A stretch of DNA of 64,000 bases from assembly GCA_043228905.1 (NCBI GenBank), contig JBHGNT010000017.1:9300001-9364000 (forward strand), written 5' to 3'. Each line of letters opens with the position of its first letter. Positions within the stretch are counted from its first letter, which is position 1. Below the pieces are notes generated by a model. The model was not told the DNA's origin. It saw only the letters and a program-made list of their open reading frames with translations, and did no database searches. The DNA comes from Azolla caroliniana. Lineage: Eukaryota; Plantae; Polypodiophyta. The position numbers were made by a program, and so were the translations under genes. Positions 1 to 11,500 of the stretch are shown piece after piece.

Positions 1-168
1 CTCGACGCCACGGCGGTGGTATGGGACGCCGATCGAGGCTCGAGTCCATCTTGATCCCTTCGCTCGGGGGTGGTCGGGTGGATCGGCACCCTTCTTTCTC
101 TTTCTCCTTTCTATCTATCATTTGTTTATCCTTATCTTAAGCTTACTTTAGTACTTAGATCTCTAATA
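1..168. mobile_element. Probable terminus of an LTR inserted into the transposase ORF
   Basis: Transposase-like protein ends abruptly at ...EVPSMKG (169). The minus strand then reads TATTAGAGATCTAAG..., resembling a TG->TA mutated LTR edge. The other end lies outside the window. Confidence 0.4.
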
Positions 169-920
169 CCTTTCATACTTGGAACCTCTTTACAATTGAG
201 CATCTGATCCCCGCTAAGTAGACGTTGTTGTACTCTATGTAGCCGCATATTACTAACACATAACGCAATTTTGAATGCAACTCTACATATCTGTTGTGCA
301 TGGAAGATATAATACTCGAATGATACTTTGATCCCCGTACATTTGTCAGATACTAGTTGCATATGTGTCCCGAGGTAAGTGTCTTGCTCATCACCGGTCA
401 TCGAAAAATAGTATCGCCTTAATTCTCGCAACTTTGATTTTCCAATCATAGACATACAACCACGGGCACAACATATTTTTTTGACATCAAATCCAATCTG
501 TTTATCTGATGTCACCAAGCTAAATCTAGCCAGACGAATTCTTCGTGGGATTCTTCTAATATGCATAGGGCTCCCAGATTTCTCTTCCTGCATAGAGTTT
601 GGTGTAACCTTGTTACAATCTCATTCTTTGTTGTGACCATCGCCAATGTTATTCAATGTTTCCTTGGCACTACCTTCATTCTCCGTATCTTTATTAATAT
701 CGTATTCTTCAATAGAGAACTCTTCACATGTGTCATTATTTACATTCCCTGTAGATGAGCTCAGACAATATTCTTCGATAGAATATGGTGAGTCTGTCGA
801 CAGACAATATTCTTCAATAGAATATGGTGACTCTGTCGACAAACAATACTCTTCAGTAGAAAACGATGAGTCTGATGACAAACAATATTCTTCAATCGAG
901 AACGGTGAATCTTCACTCAT
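169..920 (-). pseudogene. N-terminal part of a Sola-like / DUF7869-type DNA transposase, disrupted
   Basis: ORFs 621-920 and 132-593 share a frame, split by one TGA at 621-623. The protein has the CC-x3-C ... Y ... QDTYL ... Y ... ICRVAF..ALCVS..RL pattern that I recognise from Sola/DUF7869 transposase N-termini. The DDE core is not in the window. Confidence 0.55.
700..915 (-). repeat. 39-bp coding tandem repeat (S-x-E/D-SPYSIEEYCL)
   Basis: About 4-5 copies of the 13-aa unit are visible in ORF 621-920. Confidence 0.85.
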
Positions 921-1622
921 GGCTTAAGGTCTAGATAGGGCTCTGTAAGTTATGTGCTTAGGGTAAGGAAAAATAATAATAAGCTCCTCTCTAAACATAT
1001 ACTCCTCTCTAAACATAAACTTCTCTCTAAACAAAAGCCAAATCAATAGAATGTCTATATTATGTAATATTATATTAATACAATACATAAAAAATTTATT
1101 TTTAATATAGTAATTATATTTAAAATATCAATTATTATTTAAACTACATCCATATGAAGTTAAATCAAGTATAATATAAATCTAATCATTACCAAGCCAT
1201 AAATATGTTGGATTAATGTTAAAATCATTGGCTAATTAATGACACCCATATTTGATATAGAACCTCTCACTCATTGGTTCTTTAATGCTCACCATTTTAA
1301 ATATTAGACTTATCAATCATTGGTTAATTCATGCCCACATCTTTAATACACAGCATTTGAGAGTCATAAAAATTGTTGCTTTTAGTAATCAATCATTGGT
1401 ACATTCATGAACCTCTATCATTGTCTCCTTCATGACCTTTGAAGTCATTGCAGGTTGTTATCACTATAAAAGATTGATCAATATGTTAGTTTGACTTTGT
1501 AATCATTAATGCAATCATAAGTTACTCTAGTTAATGTCACTGTGGTTACCAACTAACTATCCTCAAACTTACCAACCTTGGTTAAGGTGACTATGGTTAC
1601 TTTAACCAATGTGGTCAATCCC

Positions 1623-1630
1623 TATAAATA
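1623..1630 (+). promoter_or_regulatory. TATA box (TATAAATA) of the ParB-MTase gene
   Basis: CCTATAAATAGG is followed ~25 nt later by a pyrimidine/CA initiator-like TTTCACTCAC and GAGCACACA leader repeats. Confidence 0.55.
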
Positions 1631-1728
1631 GGAAGACCTCGTCATATTTCACTCACAAGAGCACACAAGAGCGTACAGAGCACACAGAGCACACAGAGCG
1701 TATAGAGCACACAAAACACATAGAGCAC

Positions 1729-1995
1729 GTATCGAGTTCCTATGTTTCCTTTGCTTTTTAAACAGGAACTCGATACGGCATATCGAGTTCCCGTTTAAAA
1801 TTTAAGTTTTAAACAGGAACTCGATACGTCGTATCGAGTTCCCGTTTAAAGTTTAGGTTTTAAACGGGAACTCGATACGCCGTGTCGAGTTCCCGTTTAA
1901 AACCTAAACTTTAAACGGGAACTCGATACACCGTATCGACTTCCTGTTTAAAAAGCAAAGAAATCACAGGAACTCGATACGGCGTATCGAGTTCC
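1729..1995. repeat. Array of 27-bp palindromes (GGAACTCGATAC-NNN-GTATCGAGTTCC) with 24-bp spacers, 51-bp period
   Basis: Full palindromes start at 1765, 1816, 1867, 1918 and 1969, with a half-site at 1729. Spacers 3 and 4 are exact reverse complements; spacers 1 and 5 are near reverse complements. Confidence 0.95.
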
Positions 1996-2504
1996 TGTAT
2001 AAAAGAAGGCCCTGAAAGAGAAAATTTGTGTTTTTTGGGGCAACAATTAATTATTGTGTGGAAAAGATATCAAATTGTCTGTCAAAATTAGTCTTTTTTA
2101 TGTTGACTTGCCTTACTTTTTAAAAAAACATGCCCTAATTATAGGTGTTTTATGACCTACTATTTGCTTAAAAGAGTAGAAAATAACCCACAAATTACCT
2201 TTATGATAGCAAATTCTCCTCAATATAGGTCTGGAATCTATATAAGTCATACCTCCTCTTTAAAAGAATATATAACCTTGTTTACTTATTACGATATATA
2301 TTTTCTAGTTTGAATAGCCCTGCCTAGAATGGATTTTTGAATATAGGACTACCATGTACTTTGAATGCATGATTGATATTTTCACTTCACCACTAATCGC
2401 CTGCTAGTGAGAATTGTTCTTCATCTTCTTATTTATATTTTAATATACAACCTTAATCTACGTGACCACCTAACTTATGTTTTTGCATGTACTTTCTTAA
2501 ATAG

Positions 2505-5500
2505 GTCGTTTGAGAACCTTCGGACCGACCCGTGAAGAAAATAAAGCTTCGCATACAGGGTTCTCCAATCGAAGCCCAGACCAAGGTAGCTCTTGAGACC
2601 ATGAAGAGAGGAAAAAAGCTTCTCTTTAACGAGGAGACAAAATCTCAGCCACACATTGACGTTAGCCAAAAGAAACTTGTCGCTGCTACTGGCGGTGAAG
2701 ACCTTCCTGACCGTAATCTAACGGACAAGGAATGGTGTATGCAATATGTCGACTCAAAGAAAAAAGTCGTATTGTATACAGCAAAGAAGAAGGGGGAGGG
2801 GTAGCTTGGAAAGGAAACCCCATTTATGTATGGCCATATTCTACGATTTGACTATGAAGATGCAGATTCATCCAACATACTGGTAATGATAGAGTGCTCC
2901 AAGGGGGTACGTAAAGTGTTCCTTTCAGAAGATCTTTTAGTAAAGGAATCTTGTGGGCCAGAAGCGTTCAAAAAAGATCTTGAAAGCTCACAAAACCTTA
3001 TTGTTACGTTGAGGCCTTATATACAAGGCCATGTAACTCTAAGAGATGAAGTGTCCTCCCCATTGAAGGCTACAAAAAGGGTATCCAAAGTCCAGTCAAG
3101 ACCACCAAAGAAGAAGACATCCAAAATGTTGGACACCGATTCAACAAGTGAAAACGAAGAGGAGGACAATAAGGGAACGCTAGGAGCTGAGCTGGCATCG
3201 GGTGTTTTGTCATCCGAGCAAAATAAGATAAGGAGAGAGTTAATGTAGCGTAAACTGGTCAGGAAAGGGCAAGTGTTTAATTTGCCTATAACACACATCC
3301 ATCGGCCCCCTATTGAGATTAGAGAGCCACACCGCATGCATGTTCAAAATCTCAAGAAAAAAATGAAAATTAATCCTCATGCCACTGTGGTGCCTTTTAT
3401 TGTTATGGTAGATCTTGAAGAATGTGAAACCATTGAAGATTTTGATATTAGAAAGCATGATCAATATAATTACTTTGTCATTGGTGGATCGCATTCAGCG
3501 GAGGCACATCGGCAACTTGTGAGAGAACATCCAACGACTTTCTTCTTCAAGTATGCCGAGTGCAAAATTTATGTTGGGCTCACAACCGAAGAGGATAAGC
3601 TGTTGGCATGGGACCATAATAATGATAATGACTATAGGCAGAAAATGTCGTCCATTGAGCGTATACGGTTCTTCCACCACGAGTATTTGGACGTGAAACA
3701 AAAGTTTGGTGTGAAGTTACGTCCAGGCCTACGACGTCAATGTCTGCATGAAGTCGGCATTGTTGTAGATGATAATGTTAAGTCTGATGGTCTTCGAAAA
3801 TATGAGTCTTGGTTTCAATTGGCATTTAGAGATGGAGAAGTATGGGACCTACAAGATCAAATCTTCTCAATGTGGGAGAATAAGGAGGTAAAGGGTCAAC
3901 GACAAAAGAAATGTAAGGTTGACCCTCAACTAGAGTTAAAGTCACAAGCTGCCAAGAAAATTGACTTGACAATTGAAGAAGCCGCAGACGACATGAAGCT
4001 GTCTCTGTGGATAGCGATGCAAGGTATTAAGGATGAGCAGCTTCTTGTCTGTTTTGTCAAGGGTTGTGGCGAAAGATTTAAGCCTTTGAAGAAATGGTCA
4101 CTGAGTTCAATAAGTAAGTCTTTCAAATACTGAAATTGTAGTCTATATGGTGTAATTCAAAGTTCTAATCTTGGTTTCTAATTTACAGTCATAAGGTGTA
4201 CATTAAGATCCAAGAAGTTATGATGAAACAACTTGGATGTATAACTTGGGAACAAGTGACCGAGGATTATCCTCTCACATCTTCATATAAGGCGTTATCA
4301 GAGTATTTTATTGCATTCAAGGATTGGGTTAGTATTGATGGTTTTTCATTACCCTTTTATTATATGTAGAGCTTGTATAATAATACCTGATGTCCTATTG
4401 CTTCTATTAGAAACCGTGTCGAGGCAAGAAACAAGGAGAAGTTAAGGATATACACGATTTCCCTACATCCTTCCTTGCACATCTCGAGCGAGCCAGAAAA
4501 GAAAAGGATCATCGCTTAGTCAAGGCGTATGAAATGGAGGAAGATGGCTCCTTTAAAAAATTTAGCCACAAAAAAGATATTACGAGAGATCTTTACTACA
4601 ATGTGGTTTGCGGTGATGTCGTCGACTTGATCCAAAAGGTGCCAAAGAAGGAATATATGCTAATGATTGCAGATATTCCTTATGGATTTCGAATGGCTAG
4701 GTCATCATACGACGATGAACCGTTTAGGCTTAAACAATTGGAGAAGATGGTCAAGGATTTCGCTGAGCTAACGACTGCATCCTTGTGGCGAATAATTGTC
4801 TTTCATAGTATGGACCAAGGATACTCGGCAGCTCAAGCTTTGAGATCTCGTTGCCATGGCATCGAGAACCTTGCTTGGTAAGGATTATTTATAGGTGTCT
4901 TTCACTATATTGCATTTTTTAAGGTTGTTCAATCTATTCTTAACTCGATGTATTATTTTTTATAGGATCAAGACCAATGTAAATAGAGGGCCAACTTTTC
5001 GGTTTGTTAATGCCATTGAATACATCACGGTTGGCTACTTCGATGAAATTAAGAAACAGAGAATCAAGGAGCATTCTAATGAAGTGGGAGGTTCAAATCT
5101 GTTGGTATATCCAGCAGTGACACGGAAATTGCGACATGTCACCATGACAGAACGGGGACTTGTCAACCCATATCAAAAACCTCAACGACTTATGATGCAC
5201 TTGATCGAGATGTTTTCTATCGAAGGAGACTGGATATTAGATCTCTTTTCTGGCACAGGTATTCCTCGAACTAGGGTAACAATCTTGAGATAACCAATCC
5301 CGAATCTTTTTTTGTTTGACAACTAAATCTTCTTGTTACTTACATCACAGGAACGACGTCTACATGTGCATTGAAGCTCTTTAGAAATACAGTTGCATTG
5401 GAGAAGGACGAGGACCAGGTTATATTTATTAATATGTAGATTAAGGCTTTGTGGGAGTGCCCAGACCAGGATGAGGAGGTCGGTGCAAAGAACCTCGCTA

Positions 5501-5703
5501 ATACAGAAACGTTTCAACCTACTTTGCGAGAGCCTGTTCCTCCGTTAGTCGGCGAACCGGGGGAGCTAATAGAGCTTGATGATGAGCTTATAGAAGATAT
5601 TTCGTTGGCTCGGCTAACAGGGGAAGCCAATGCACGTATAGCCGAAGAGAGTTCTACACAAGATGATGAAGAAAATGGCGTTGATGAATTGATTGCTATG
5701 TAA
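2505..5703 (+). pseudogene. Spliced ParB/Srx-like domain + beta-class N6-adenine/N4-cytosine DNA methyltransferase fusion, pseudogenised
   Basis: Exons 2505-4113, 4189-4327, 4411-4877, 4966-5258, 5351-5703, with GT-AG introns that keep frame. ParB-like block: IREPH..VQNLKKKMK..PFIVMVD..YFVIGGSHSAEA..LAWDHN. MTase motifs in beta order: GDVVDLIQKV..MIADIPYG (4672-4683), WIKTN..NAIEYI, NPYQKPQRLM..LIEMFS.EGDWILDLFSGTGTTSTCALKLFRNTVALEKD. In-frame stops at 2511, 2802, 3246 and 5437, plus indels at ~4050-4087. Confidence 0.85.
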
Positions 5704-6127
5704 TAGACTCTATGAAGAAAATGACGTTGACGATTTGTTAGGATTTCACATTATTAATACAAATTTTGGGTTTTACCTAGTGGATTCTATTCTTTATAAT
5801 CTTCTATATGTTTCAATTTTATTTTTATATACTTGGTTAGTAGATTTATGACATTGGTTTCACCGCGTGCATAGCTGACTACCAAATTTATGGAGAAACA
5901 TGAATTAGTTAAAATTGAAGCTGATTTTGGTCCAAGCTAACCTTAACAGAACATGGCCCTACAATTGTTGCCATGACTATCCATGTTGTTATTATGGATC
6001 TTTGTCTTCTATTGTTAAAACTATTATGTTTCTATTCCATTGCTGCTTAGATTGTGTAGTGTGTTGATAATTGTTCTAGTTGCGTTATCGTTCGGAGTTT
6101 GATCCTGTGTGAATCACCTAAGCAATA

Positions 6128-6370
6128 GAGTAGATCAATTTTAAATACAGGTATGAAAGCCTAATAGGTTTGTTATTTCCATGACATTATCCTAAAGTTC
6201 ATTGCCTTACATTATCCACAATTATATACATATGGTTTGATCCCATATGAACAAACTGAGGAATAGATTAGATCAACTTTAAATACAAGTATTGAATACT
6301 TTAATAAGTTAGTTATTCCAATCACTTATCCTAATGTGCACTATCCTACAATTTCCACAATTACATACAT
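6128..6370. repeat. Diverged ~140-bp tandem duplication
   Basis: TAGATCAA(T/C)TTTAAATACA...TTATCCTAA...TCCACAATTA(T/C)ATACAT occurs at ~6128 and ~6267. Confidence 0.7.
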
Positions 6371-7299
6371 GCACGTATGGGTCAAAGTATAAATTATGAC
6401 TCATTTTATTAGTATGGATACAAGTACACCTGATATTTTTGTAAAACTTACCCAATTAATATAAGTCTTTAAGTTAGTGTTTCCCTTGTCGCACAGTAGT
6501 GACATATTGAACCACTGTTGAACTTTATTATGCCTACATTAACTTATCAACGCGTCTAAACTTGCATGATTTCTAATGATCTCCACTCGTAGACCTATCA
6601 TGTATTTTTATATTTGCAAATTCTCATCAAGTTGAGGAACATGTGATACTAGTGCATCCAATTTTTGTAGAGAGGGTGTATTTGCTTCGTTTTAAGAAGA
6701 TTCTACAAGTGGAATGTGCAATCCTTCCACTTGTGAACGCGAATGTGTTTTAGCACGACGAGCACCTTTTTATAGTCTTTTGGGTTGTGTTCTGGTATGG
6801 TTTCAGGAGTTGACAATAAGTTCTTGCAAAATTTCAAGTTTGACTCCTCTTTTTTGAAGAATTTGTTGTTTTCGACATACTGAACCTTTTTTTTTTTTTT
6901 TTTTTTTACCATAAAACATATGCTCCATTGGTATTAATAAAAAGCCCGGAGGCAGTATACAAATAGTACATAATATTGTTTCATCTCCACCAGTATATCT
7001 GAAATGATTCTAGTATTTGTAAAAACTGTTGGGAAAAAAAACAGCCATAAAACACAACATTGATTCCAGTGATCTGCTGCAGATTCCATGTCCTCCGTCT
7101 TTCCAATCATATGTGTCAGGTGTAAGAAGATTTCCGTCTCTGTAAGAAGATTCACCATCCCAACAGAAACAGTTGCAAACAGATCTGAAGTGATTCCAAC
7201 ATTTGTAAAAACTGTTGGGGAGAAAAAAACAGACCATGAAAATGAAATGTACTATACTAATTCCACCTCTCACCCCATTTGCTTTGATCCCCACAACTT

Positions 7300-8400
7300 A
7301 TTCACTCTCCCTTCATGATGTGCTTAGGCCCCCTCACCATCATCACTCCTAAAAACAACCAAATTGCTTCATTCAATCCACCTCCACCATCTCGCCGAAT
7401 GCCACCAATGTCCTGTGGAATTAACAACAAAATAAATAAAAAATTCCTCATCCCCTCATGAGCTGCTTCGATCCCCCCCACCATCATCACTCCTAAAACA
7501 GACACATTGCTTCCTTTAGTCCACATCCACCATCTCGCCGAATAGCACCAATGTCCTGTGCAATGAATCAACAAAAATGAGAAATTGTTCCTCATTCCCT
7601 CATGATTTGCTTCGTTCCCCCACACCATCGTCACTCCTAAAAACAGAGAAATTGCTTCAGTCAAACCACATCCACCATCTCGCCGAATACCACCTCTGAC
7701 CTATACAAAAACAACAAAAACAAGTGAATAATGGTTCCTCATCCCCTCATGATTTGCTTTTGTCCCCCCCACCATCATCACTCCTAAAAACAAACAAATT
7801 GCTTCAATCAATCCACATCCACCATCTCGCCGAGTACCGCCAATATCCTGTGTAATTAACAACAAAATAAGTGAACAATGATTCCTCTCCCCTCCTGATC
7901 TGCTTCAGCCCTCGCACCAACACCACTCATCCTCACACCATGACAAAGTTGCTTCAAATCCCAATGCCATCATCCCGCAACCTATGAGAACCATAATATC
8001 TGTCTTAAGTCAACCCATATCTAGGGTATCTTGCTTCCCCTATTCCATCTCACCGATTAACGCGGTCCTGTAATCACAACAAAAAATGAGCGAAAATCAT
8101 TCCTCGCCTTCTCATAATAATCTGCTTCAGCCCCCACTCCAACATCACTCATCCTAACCACAAAAAACAGAAAAACGGCTTCGTCCTGTCCCCATCTACC
8201 ATCTCACTATCTCCGATTCGACAATCCTGTTACACTAACAACCAACAAATGAGTAGAAAACAAACAGAAATCCTCACCTTCTCCTAGTAATCTTCGACAA
8301 CCCCCACCACCATCAGTCATCCTAATCACAAAACAACTTAAACCTATTTCAACCTGTCCACATCCACCATGTCGATGTCTCTGATTATCACACGAAATCT
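7300..8400. repeat. Diverged ~150-bp tandem repeats
   Basis: Recurring CACCATCATCACTCCTAAAA...ATTGCTTC...CCACCATCTCGCCGAAT units, about 6-7 copies. Confidence 0.8.
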
Positions 8401-8548
8401 GCCTCATACCACTAAAATCTTCTTTTACTAGCCTGATTCAGCATCCAGAACATCATCCCATTTCCTCATATCTTCTTCTAGCATATGTATATCTTACCTA
8501 CATTAAAATAGGCTTCATACATGCCGCCACCGTCTCCTCCCTGTTATC

Positions 8549-11500
8549 TCATGTTGTTCGCCATAAGAATGGTACTGGTGGCGGGAACAACCAACGAGGT
8601 GGCACATAATTCCACCTAACCTCCGTGCCTGCATCTAACATTATAGGAATAGCTGACCAAACTCGTCGTAATCTCTTTCTTTTTCGAATGGTTGTGTTTC
8701 CATAGCCTTTATACCTGTCATACTCACCTTTAACCGAATGTACTAATAAATTCCAAAAAGACTTTACCTGATCCACAACATGAATGTCTTCATCATTGTA
8801 TAACTTGGAGCACCGAGCTTTCCAAAGAACCCATAGAGACAACGAGGAGACAATCTGCCAAACATAGCTCCGCGAGAAGAACTTGACTCCCTGCAAGGAT
8901 CCTGAAGTAGAATATACCTGAAAACTTCTTACATATAAAGACAATGAAGAATGATTATAATGATAAAAAGCCCTTTGTTGATCCAACATTCCCCAAAAGA
9001 CTGCACCCCACGTAAAAATAGCAGACTTATACTTACGGCCTAGAAGCCTAAGAATTCGACACCAAAAACTTTTTGCGGAAACACATTCCCAAAATGCATG
9101 ATGCAATGTCTCATCCGCAAACCCACACATAATACATGACCAATTACTCATCGATCTCCTCAATAAATGACCTATTGGCAATGCATAATGAATCATCAAC
9201 CACCGAAAATGCAATATCTTATTCATGCATTTAATAGACCAAAACTGTTTCCAAAACATAACCATATTAGTAGATGAAACATTACCTTCCTCCCAATACT
9301 TTTTTCCAGCAGGTATTGGCTCGGTCTGCCTCAACATAAAATTCCTACCAAACGCTACTGAATATTTGAAAAAAGGAAGGATCTTAGTCGAAGAGTCAGA
9401 TATGGATAATTTCCAACCATAATCCGCTGGATCCCACTGCAGGTCATCAATAGGTTTAGAGTCTAACACCGAAATATGAGATGAAAAATTAACTATTAGT
9501 GGACTAGGATCGATATATATATTTTTATGTAATCTAGCAATTACTCGCACTGGCAATTGCTTTGCAGCCAACATGATTTGAGACTCCTCATCCACTAGTA
9601 TCAACCTACCATTGTCCAACACTTCATAAAAATAAATGCTACCATTTTGATCATATAACCGAGCTCCTATAAGTATATTGAGTGTCGAGAACATACCGTA
9701 CCAACTCTGAAAATGATCGAATTGCAATGTAGGCATTGTGACCTGATACACCCTGGACAATTGTGATAACATGATCTTAGCCCCTCTTAAGTTCGATAAC
9801 CTATTACTTTGCTCCAACGTAGAGGACTGCATAAACCTTATCCAATCCGCAACCGTACGAGCTGGTCCACTATCCATTGCAGCCCATGATAACCTAGGGC
9901 GTAAACCCAAAACACATGCAGCTTCATCAGTAAATAAAGGATTCCATATCAATGGTTGACGCATAAATTGATGATAGCTTTTCGGTGGCAAGAAAACAAG
10001 CGCTTGCCGAAGAGTTTCCCATGCCCGAAAAATTCCATTGAAGAAACGCAATGATCCATCATTGGACTTAGGTAGCTGGAAATCTGCATTAAAGAACCAT
10101 CTAAGACTCTCCTTCCATTGACCACCTACCGAAGGCTTGACCTTATATAGATGTTGCATCCATAGCTTTTTCCATAACTCCTGTCCTGGCAATAAACTCC
10201 TAACAACATGTTTAGTAAGTAAAGCTTTGCTTTGCATAAATGGATCAATCAAACCTAAACCACCTTTTTGTTTAGGTTGTATCAGGATAGACCAAGCTAC
10301 CTTTGCTACAGGATTGACTGACCTATTGTTCCCCCAAATAAAATTCCGTACTAAACGTTGAACTTTCAACATTATTGACCTAGAAAACAGCCATGTAGAT
10401 GCTATATACCAAATCGAGGACAACAACACCGCATTAGCTACAACTACACGTCCTGCTAAAGATAATTTTTCTTTATTCCAATATACTAATTTATTTCTTA
10501 ATCTTAACAATAAGGGTGCAATCATATCTTCTGACTTTAATCCCACACCCACTCGACAACCTAAATACCTAATGGACTGACCTTGAGGTATCCATGTGAA
10601 TCCTAAAGAGGGTACATTAACTGGCGGATCTCCCAAAGCGACCCAAAAACCTGATGACTTATCCCAATTTATCAATGCACCCGATGCATCTGAGAAATCA
10701 TCCATGGCCTTTTGCGCATGAAACAAATTACCATGTGAGGCCTGAACATATAAAGCTGTATCATCAGCGAATTCACAATCCACATTTGCGTTTGCTACTG
10801 GTAGTGCTAAACCTTTAATATTTACATATGGAGAATTTAAATGTACAGAGAATGCTTCGGATACTAACAAAAACAGGAAAGGAGCAAGTGGACATCCCTG
10901 GCGTACAGATCTTGAAATAAAAAAATTCCTACCAATGTCCCCTGCAAATAATAGAGAACTACTTGCATTACGATATAATGCTGAAACTCCTCGTATCCAA
11001 TTACTTGGAAAACCCATCCTAACGAGTGTTCCCTCCATAAAATTCCAGTCCACTCTGTCGTAAGCTTTTTCAAAATCAAGAAATAACACCGCCAGATCTT
11101 GCTTCTGCACTTCAGCGATGGTCACCATTTCCCAAAAGAGAATAATATTATCAAAAATACTTCGCTCTTGCAAAAAACATGTCTGGGTATCATGAATCAA
11201 CTCCGAAAGATAAGGTTGTAACCGTCTAGCTATCGTTTTTGCTAATATCTTATAAATAACATTCAACAAAGTAATTGGTCTCCACTAGCTAAGCTCTTCT
11301 AACTGTCCACTTGTTTTAGGAATCATATAGATTAAACCCTCCTTCCATTCTTGGGGCATATTTCCAGAATCTAAAATTTGTTGATAGGCCTTAGTCAGCC
11401 CATCACCTATCAAATCCCAATACTGGATATACCATTGAACTCCCAGCCCATCCACACCAGGACAAACATCCTTTGCAAGGGCTTTTACTGCTTTAAAAAC

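Larger units (their letters stand above)
169..6886. mobile_element. Putative DNA transposon carrying a ParB-MTase cargo gene (left part outside window or disrupted)
   Basis: Divergent transposase-like and ParB-MTase genes share an AT-rich intergenic region. Candidate right terminus ...TTTTCGACATACTGAACC at 6886 is followed by a T run. The matching left end and TSD are not visible. Confidence 0.45.

Noticed and set aside
1729-1995. CRISPR array
   Set aside because: Spacers are related to each other or are reverse complements; no cas genes; eukaryotic context.
5419-5439. Extra mini-intron in the last MTase exon
   Set aside because: Too short (21 nt). The frame continues through with one point stop and matches the expected E-x-D..RI ending.
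2505-5703. Bacterial or phage contamination as source of the MTase
   Set aside because: The gene has frame-preserving spliceosomal introns and is contiguous with plant TEs.
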